Positions 50,296 to 64,000 of a stretch of 64,000 nt of DNA are shown piece by piece. Position 1 is the first letter of the stretch. Each line of letters begins with the position of its first letter. A program made the position numbers and the translations under genes. Source of the stretch: Eledone cirrhosa (Eukaryota); contig OZ024743.1 in assembly GCA_964016885.1 (NCBI GenBank), forward strand, positions 13,702,001 through 13,766,000, in the 5' to 3' direction. Below the pieces are notes generated by a model. The model had not been told where the DNA came from. It did no database searches and saw only the letters and a program-made list of their open reading frames with translations.

Positions 50296-53200
50296 GGGGC
50301 GTGGATACGCTAATAATGTTTCGATTTGTTATATTCAAAAAATTCTGTTAAGACTAAGATTTTGATGCGCCATGAACTAAAGAGTTTTTTCACATCTGTA
50401 GGGATAAAACCGGTGCTTAATTAGGAATCGAATTAAGATATGTCATTAATAATTTGATAAAGTTCAATAGGAAATGGTACCAATGTAAAAAGCTAATGAG
50501 GAAGTGAGACAACAAACGAAGAAGAAGAAGAAGAAGAAGAAGAAGAAGAAGAAGAAGAAGAAGAAGAAGAATACCTTCAGTAATGTTTACAGAAAGAATG
50601 AATAGGCGAATTATGATTTATTATATACTCCAGTTACGTAGCACAGGACATGATAAATTGCATCTAATATATGATGAGAAAAGGAAAACTAACAAAATAC
50701 CTCTAACGAATAAATATAAAATGCACAGATAAAAACTGAAGAAATACTCATTAATGAGTTAATCATCCAGGAAGCCACTCTTTCGCCAGTGCTCTACTTC
50801 GTTGAGTTTTGAATATTAAATACAACTAAATAGCTATGTGTACAACTCTCAAGGGATAGTTATAAACGATGTTTGCTTTTTTTAAAGACATAAATCATAA
50901 CTATATTCCAAACAATACATATATATCTCTAGTAAAATGGTCGTAGACGAATGTGAAAAATTGGCTAACTGCAAAAATGTTTTTAAATGTTTAAAGATAT
51001 ATAGTTTAAAATTACGAAATTAGTACAAGCAGTATTCAACTATACAACACGATATAAAGCATGTGATGTTTAAAAATAAAATAACATAAGGATTTTAAAG
51101 ACACACTAAAGTCTTCTCGCTAGACTAAATGCTAAGAATAATGGATAAAAACACTATTGTAATTCAAATTTAATGACTATGAAAAACGATCGTATTAGAT
51201 ATAGGACCAGAGGCAACTAATGACAATAAATAGGTTAAACTAACACTTGGTAGCTATATTCATAGCTTATATTTACTTGATAATGTCATGTCTTAAGAAG
51301 TTGTAAATTTCTATCAAAAGCTGAGGAACACAACTGTATTATGATCCACATCGCAAATGCTATCAACATTAATTTAGACACTGTACCCTCACTCCACGAT
51401 CTGGATCAATCACGTGATCAACGTATTAACAAATATACACATCACCATCACCATCATAACGGCAACAACATCAAATACAAGGAAAACACTTCAACAGCAA
51501 CAACAACTCACAATAGCCAAAAAAAGGAATATAAATGCAATTATTCTCCCAGTCAAGCAGCCTGCCACATTTCCGTCTAAATATAACACGTTTTAAGAAG
51601 ATGGAAAGATCTGCTCATGTATTTTGGTTTAATTTCCCTGGAAGTTTGCAATATTCTGATTTTCTTTCTCGTTCTCTGCTATCTCAACCGCACCTCTCTT
51701 CCTTACACAAACATTGACAGCAAATCTTGGTTGAATGCTTTCATTTTCAATGATAAGATTAACGATTTGAAAGAATTGCACCTCGCCATTATTCTTTTTC
51801 CACACTTCTGTATATAACAATTTAACTATCTTACCCTAAATAGTTTTAATTATCTGATACCTCTAAGATTGTGTCTATGACATCTATCTCTTCCTGTGTA
51901 TTATTGTTTGGCAGATATCTGCCAGTTAAATGTTCTAGATTTCACTTTGAAAGATAGATGTAGGTGTGAAGAGATAAGAGGAAAATTAGTGGTTAGGGAT
52001 ATTCTTCGAGAAATACAATGATAAAAGTAGATATGGCAGGATATTTAACTAGAAGAGAGTACAAGGTATGGGCGAAAAGTATGGAATGGTTTCTAGTATA
52101 TGAACAGAGGCGTGGATATAAATAGAAGAGGATATTAAAGTATAAGTTAAAGCAAACAAGCGAAGTAAAATACCAGTTCATACAAGAGAAGTAGTGGACC
52201 GTAAGGAATGGGAAAATCATTCTTACAACATTAGATTTCCAAATTCTAAAGCAATAAAATATTCTTGATCACAGTAGAGCTGTGGCTGGGCATCTCCTTT
52301 TGCTGCTGCAGCTACTACTACTACTACTGCTACTGGAAACAGAGGGAAACAGCAACAGGAACTGCAAAAATGATAGCATCAACATTGAAAACATCACTTG
52401 AATGCTATGCTAAATCGTTGTTGCTGTTTTTGTTATAGTTGATGTAGCTGTTTCTTGTCTCACCACCGTTAGTTTGTTGAGTACTGGTGGCGAAAGAGCT
52501 GTCAGCATGTGCGTGTTTTAAGGAAAGACAAAGTGAAAGAGAGGAAATATATTTTGATGACGCGTCGTTTTTTTTTTTGTTGTTTGATTCTGTTAAAACA
52601 AATGTGTTTTGTAGTTTCTGCCCTAATATGCAGAAATAAATAAAAGCGACCGGATGCTTATAATGGGGGATGGTTTCTTTATATCACAAAAAACAAAAAG
52701 AAAACAAAATTGAAACTTTGTAGAACACCAAAACGGGTTTAAATCGATAAATACTGATCTACCTTCGATCAGAAGAAGAATGTTAAGTATATGTGAAGAG
52801 TGGGGGATTGAGGAGGGAAGTGAAGGTGACGAAAATCAGTTGTGAATGATGGTGTATTTGGTGTCGCTTCTGAGATGGGAGAAATATCGACACACGATCG
52901 AAGACTAAGAAGTTTATTTGATAATGTTGAGCATCCTAAGCAAAATCTACATAACGATGATGATTATAATGATTGTGGGGGTAATGTTGATAATGATATT
53001 GTTCTTTTGCCATTTGCTTTTTCCCAAGCATCATCTATGTTCAACTATCTGTAATGAGTGCCATAAAGAACTCTTAACTTCACTTCAAAGAGACACATTT
53101 CAATTTCAATCTGTGAAGCAATTAAGGAAATGAGGAATCATTAATTGAAACGCGTACAAATGATTTAGTTTAGCGATTTTAATAAGTTAAGGTCGGGGTA

Positions 53201-55454
53201 AAACAATGTATTACTATATATGCTTGAAATTTCAGGTGGTTTCATTACGCGTTGTAACCATTAACATATTGCTGCACATAATATAAAATGTCTACACAAA
53301 TACCTACATTCACTCGCTGTTGGAATATTTACGTAGTAATACTAGCAGTTCGGCATTTTGTGAAACTGGTGCGTTTTGGGGTATATACCAATATTCTTGA
53401 TGGTTTTATAAATTGATTGTATTATCAATTGTTTCATATGAGTTTTATTAATGTTATCCGTAAACCAGATTAATTTATAGGTATATATTAATATTTTTGA
53501 TGCACAGAGTATCAGGTAGTAATTTGATTTCGTAAATATATTAATATATTTTACTCCTAGTAGTAATTCGAGTAGAGCACTTAATTTGAAGACGCGAGTA
53601 GAGTTTTTCCCTTATTTCCCACCTCTTTTGGGCAACTTAGCAAGGGTACGATCACTTGTTTTCAGATGGGTGGCAGACTCACAAAGCTGGTGAATGTAAG
53701 CATGGAAAATGCCTGAAAAAACGTCGTAGTGTCCCCCTGTTTTGTTTAATGTACTATATCCCCTGACGAAAATATGCCGACTCCAAGATGGGAGGCAACA
53801 GACTGTTGGAATATAAACTTATTTACATATGTGACTCGAGCAGTTCAGCATTTGGTGAAACTGATACTGGTTTCGGTATACATCCTTTTTAAATTTCTTT
53901 TATTAATATTTTCGATTATTGATTGTTTGATATTAATTGTATTAATTTTATTGGGAACCCTAATTTATTTGTGGGTATATATCAATAATTCTGATATTTT
54001 TACTAATTGATTTGATGGTCATTTGGTTGTTAGTCATATTAATTATATCGATAAACCTAATTAATTCGTTCAATATTACCTTTAAACCACTGACTCTGCA
54101 AGTGAGCACTGGGCTTGCCTGAATCCTTTCAGTATGGCACAGTGTTACAATGACATATATGCACAAAGCAACTCATTGTAATGTGATTTCTGATGCTCTA
54201 GTAATATTTCCATTACTTGATGGTAAAATGTGTATCGAGGAGATGAGGTAGAATCATGTTTTCACGTATGCGTGGGACTGCATATTAAAATCAAAGTTGG
54301 TATCGAATCATTTATGACAGTATTTACCAAACAAATATCTGGTAGCCTGGATTCCCGAACAACCTTTCTACACACAACTGTGAGTAGGATCATCTGCAAG
54401 AAGGAGCCATGTAATTTTAACGATTTCAGTAATCCGAAGAAAATAGACTGGCGTGTTATCCTAATTCTTCAATTTTCCTTTTCCTTCCAACTTATCAGGT
54501 TTTTAATTTTGTTTAAAATTGTGTTCGTTTATATTTGCCTTGTTTGATACGTTTTTTTCATTTCAAAATAATAACATATGGTTGAAATTAGAGCACGAAG
54601 CTTCCATAAATGTTAGAACATCGGATTTATTAACTTGTACTATTTAGATTCTATCAGATAATTAGATTACCCTACTTAGCATTAGTAATCAAATACACGT
54701 TGAAAGAAAATGACGAAAAAAGTGTTTTGTATTCATGAGACTTCTGCATGAAATATCTTTAATATTACTGCTATCGCTTTTTCAACGAGTTTCTGAATAG
54801 ATACGTTCATATTCCATTTTAAAGATTTTTTTTTCATGTTAACAACCAAAACTACAAGCAATCAAAGTTAAGAGAAAAACAAGAAAAAACAAGAACACAC
54901 AAAAATGTCGAATCTTTAGACAGGTTGAGGTAGGCTCTTATTAATTTTTGTTGAAAAACTAAAGATAGAAAAAAATGATTATACACGAAGAATAATATTT
55001 ATGTGAGAAAACCATACTGAATTAAATCGGAGTGTGTAAATTGTGCATATGTATATGCGGTGTGTTTATACATTAAAACTAGGTGTATACACAGAGAGAT
55101 ACATGCACACAAACAAGAATAGATCCATTTCTCAGCGGTGTATACACGTTTTGATTTAACTAGTTTTGTTTCCTTCCATAAGATCACCTTTAAGTTCCAC
55201 TCATATAGAAATGTTCATATGTTCACAGACACGCTCACAGACATTCATAATATATATATATATATAAAATACAATATGTTGAGAAGGTAACACACCGGAG
55301 AGAGATATATAGTGCGTTATCAATAAGACAGGGAAAAAACCACCAGTGTATGGAATCTATAACCTATGAAAGGCAGACTATAGACACGATAATTAAAAAT
55401 ATAAATTAAAGCGTAAATAAATACCTTTATAACTATAAAACACACGTACAAATC

Positions 55455-55544
55455 CAAAGATATATTTCACCAAAACGTTTGTTGAAAGAAATGGTCTAGT
55501 CTCGGTTCATCAGCACGCTGATGAACCGAGATTAGACCATTTCT
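55455..55544 (-). ncRNA. Hammerhead core ending at a 28 bp fold-back (55487-55514 / 55517-55544)
   Basis: Minus strand CUGAUGA-ACCGA...UUGGU-GAAA-UAUA-UC; hairpin arms have one mismatch. Confidence 0.5.
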
Positions 55545-55883
55545 GACCATTTCTGACACACACAGAAACAAAATGGCGTAGGACAGAACAAAGGAGAGGC
55601 ACAAAAACAAAGAAAATAATCCCCAGTCACTGAAGAGGTCACCGAATGTGTGACGAAAGAACTTTAACAATATATAAACAACTATCTGGTTGTGGAACCA
55701 ACCAACCAACCAGAAATTTATAAATTTATAAATTCCTAAATTTATAAATTTATTATAATAAATTGAAGTGAAAGCAATGGTGCGTGTGTTTTTTATTGGC
55801 AACATGACCCTCCCAAAGTATAACAATATCGGTTTCAACACACGATTTCAGATAAAGAATCTTGCTAAACAAATTCAGAAACG

Positions 55884-55922
<39 letters not shown>

Positions 55923-56445
55923 AGGAAGTTGTTTGTTTGAAGTATTGTGTTCGGTATATAAAATTTGAAGTTTGAAGGCTAAGACAATGAGAAATAGTTG
56001 AAGATGAAAATAAGACGAAGCATGATGTACCTTATTTATTTATCTGCCCTGATCTATCGAGATAAAATCTTTTCCTCAGAGGGGAATAGCTAGGGGCTAG
56101 TCTGGGTGCGGCCACACCCGTTAGACCATGCTGCCGGAACTGATGAACATAGAGTTATATCCCTCTTTTGTATTTAATTATATTAGAGGTCTTGAGCAGT
56201 CAATAGGACACAATTGTTTCCTTTTAGATCGACACACACATATATATATATACATACACATGCAGATATGAATGCATATAAGAACCCACACTAATATGGA
56301 TACAAATACCCATTTAAATATATACATGCATATATACACACTTTCTCAAATTGAATTAACCTGAGAAATGCGTGTCTTCTTGCACAAGCAAACATGATCC
56401 CCCATATATACAAGCATACACACACATATATATATGTATGTTCAC

Positions 56446-56529
<84 letters not shown>

Positions 56530-56722
56530 TTTGATACATAAGTACGCAACCTCACGCATACATGCAGACACAGTACTCCATATAAAACGTCCTGTGGTCT
56601 TCTAAGTTAAGTATTGTTTGTGTAATTATATATTAAGTATTGTATGCTTAGTTCTAGGCTTTTACTGATGTGCAGATGTTTTATGACTATGATTATCGCT
56701 TCTTATGCTTTGACGAGAAAAC

Positions 56723-57220
56723 ACAGTCTCGATGAGGAGCAAACACTCCGAAACAATTGTTGATTGTTTTCTCTCAGTTATCGCTGAAACAAAGGATGAT
56801 GTTGGTCATCTAACACATGGTGTTAATGAGGGTGCGTCCTTGCAAACATACCGAATATTAATAATATTAATATATTATTGTTATTCATTCACGATTACAT
56901 TTAAGTAGCCACCAAGTTAAGAGCGAAAACAAAATCGCTCGGGATGCAAATTAGGCTTATCAACCGATATATGCATTTGGGAATACTATGTATTATTAGC
57001 TGTTGCAACATGTACACTGACGTGATTACACAATCTTGATGAGGAGCAAAACCTTCGAAACAATTGCCGATTTTTTTCTCTTAGTTGCCGCTTGAACAAA
57101 AGTGTGGCGTTGATCATCTAACACATTGTGTCAATTAGGCTCTCTGCAGACAAAGAAAAATTATATTAATAATGATATAATACTTTTATAATATTATTGA
57201 TGTTCACTCACGAATACATA
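56723..57220 (+). mobile_element. Diverged tandem ~307 bp units, each with a hammerhead variant (56723-56767, 57032-57072); retrozyme-like
   Basis: ACAGUC-UCGAUGA-GGAG..CUCC-GAAA-CAAUUG-UU-GAUUGU and AAUC-UUGAUGA-GGAG..CUUC-GAAA-CAAUUG-CC-GAUU; the downstream ~150 bp also align. Confidence 0.7.
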
Positions 57221-57230
57221 CTGGTATATA

Positions 57231-58325
57231 TATAAGGAAAAAGTATGAAATCGAAAATGCAACTGGAGTCTTTTTAAAAATATTTATTTGGTTCCTTTAC
57301 CGGTTTCACAGTTCTTATTCTTTTCAAAAGTAGAATTGAGATGGAGGGTTTGTGGTTTTTCTCGCATCTGGTTGGTGTTCGAATATTACTTCTGTTTCAT
57401 ATGGAAAAAAGTAATTTGGTTGGTTGAGGTTGAGACTGTTATGTGAATAAATATAATACATTTCGCGCCAGTTCGCGTTAAAAGTTCTTATTATATTTGC
57501 CTTTAAAGAAAAAAAAAAGGGGGGGGGGGGTCAGATTGTTTTGTCATATATAAGTGAAATTTGGTTGGTTGATGCAGTCACGTGAATAAGCACATCAACT
57601 TTCGCGCCAGTTTGTGTTTGAATTTCTTTTTACTTAAAAAAAGTGGCTCAAGAGGTTTTTTTAAATAAATGTAATTTGATTGGTTATAAATGAAATTATG
57701 ACTGTCAAGAAAAAAGGGATGGGTAGAACAATTCTTCCTATCCCTTTTTTCTTGACCATTATCTTTTGTTTGGTACAAAACTCTCTAAATGGCTACACAA
57801 AAATTCCCAAATACGGGCGCAACATTTAATGTATTGTTCACGTGACGGTATAATTCCATTTATAACCAATCAAATTACATTTATAAAAAAAACGTTCTTG
57901 AACCACTTTTTTTAAGTAAAAAGAAATTCAAACACAAACTGGCGCGAAAGTTGACGTGACTGCATCAACCAACCAAATTTCACTCATATATGAAAAAAAC
58001 ATTCTAAGCCCGACCCCGCTTGTTTTAAAGGCAAATATAATAAGAACTTTGTAACGCGAACTGGCGCGAAAGTTATTATACTTATTCACATGACAGTCAT
58101 CATCCAAACAAATTACTTTTCTAAAAACCTAGCATTTCGAGCCACTTTTTTCCATATAAAGCAGAGGTAACATTCGAACACTAACCAGATGTGAGAAAAA
58201 CCACAAAACCTCCATCTCAATTCTACTTTTGAAAAACACAAGAACTGCGAAACCGGTAAAGGAACCAAATAAATATTTTTTAAAAGAATCCAATTGCATT
58301 TTCGATTTCATCTTTTTTCCTTATA
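57231..58325. mobile_element. Foldback MITE / non-autonomous DNA transposon with ~475 bp imperfect inverted arms
   Basis: 57231-57707 is the reverse complement of 57843-58325; termini (TA)TAAGGAAAAA..TTTTTCCTTA(TA); no transposase. Confidence 0.85.
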
Positions 58326-58377
58326 TTTTCAATCGTGTAGGACATCTCGTTTATTTTTTCATTTTGTAGAAAACTCA

Positions 58378-63117
<4,740 letters not shown>

Positions 63118-63233
63118 TATGATGGGGTCATTCTACTGACATGGCTTTAATGAGTCCGTTTGCATAATTGCAAACGAATCGAATATTATTGATAATATTC
63201 GAAAAGCTCACATCACACACACACACACACAAT

Positions 63234-63316
<83 letters not shown>

Positions 63317-64000
63317 CAACATACGTTAACCTTGGTCTGCCTCTTCCAGTGTGTCCATGTAGAGGCTCCCACATGAGCACTGAGTGCAATGTCACCTCTG
63401 GATGTCGGTGAGCATGTCCAGCTAACCTCAATCTCCTCTGTGTCACTTTTGAGCTGACCTTTGGGAGGCTCCCATACAACTCTGAGGTTTTCATCCTCAG
63501 TGTATACTGATTAATGTTCAGAGCCATCCTCAGCGTTCTCGTGTAGCACCCATCCACCATCTGAGTGAGTTTCTTGGTCAGTGTCCAAGTCTCAGACCCC
63601 TACAGCAGCACAGACTGCACTACAGCAATGAAGAGGCGGATTTTCAGGTCTTTACGAAGGTCCGACTTCCACACCGATCTCAAGCTGTGGAACGCCGCTC
63701 AGGCTTTGCTCTTCCTCTCAACCACATCATCTTCCGTATTCCCAATCTTTGCTCCCAAATACAGGAAGTCTTCAACCAATTCTAGCAGCTTCCCGCCTAC
63801 ATTAGTTATCCCCTCTGGCTTCTCAAACATTCTCTACCAGATATTTTGTTTTAGTCTCATTCATTCTCAGCCCCACGCTCATCGACACAGACTAAACCTC
63901 CTGGATTAAATCCTCTACCTCCTTCACTGTATTTGTCACCAAAGCTATTGGAAGAGGAAGACCAATGTTAACGTATGTTGATGCCCTAAGGACAAACACT
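63317..64000. mobile_element. RTE-clade LINE with an inverted segment; runs off the window end
   Basis: 63317-63949 (-) encodes DFLYLG..VLLYGSETWTL..RLRLAGH..GRGRPRLTYV; 63950-64000 (+) encodes GRGRPMLTYVDAL. Confidence 0.8.

Noticed and set aside
53762-53860. CTGACGA...GAAA hammerhead candidate
   Set aside because: No supporting stems I, II or III.

Overview
AT-rich, microsatellite-dense eukaryotic DNA with no confidently identifiable host gene. An invertebrate source, most plausibly a coleoid cephalopod, is inferred from the SINE type. The window is dominated by non-LTR retroelements. Its centre (about 19.0-47.45 kb) is a ~28.4 kb array of ten insertions in (TTA)n/(TAA)n tracts. Five are Tx1-clade copies (APE endonuclease), all on the + strand. 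Five are R4/Dong-like copies (restriction-like endonuclease), all on the - strand. Other families sit in other microsatellites: a second Tx1 family ends in (TATC)n, a second RLE element lies in (TACA)n, and a Naiad-type Penelope-like element (RT + GIY-YIG, ~880 bp inverted arms) lies in (TA)n. A tRNA-headed SINE shares the terminal motif of the TTA-targeting Tx1. The intervening DNA holds several type I hammerhead-ribozyme motifs in fold-back, tandem or terminally redundant units (retrozyme or PLE-derived), RTE fragments with twin-priming-like inversions, and a 1.1 kb foldback MITE. Every long ORF carries inactivating lesions or is truncated. All alignments and folds were done by eye, and boundaries of decayed fragments are approximate.
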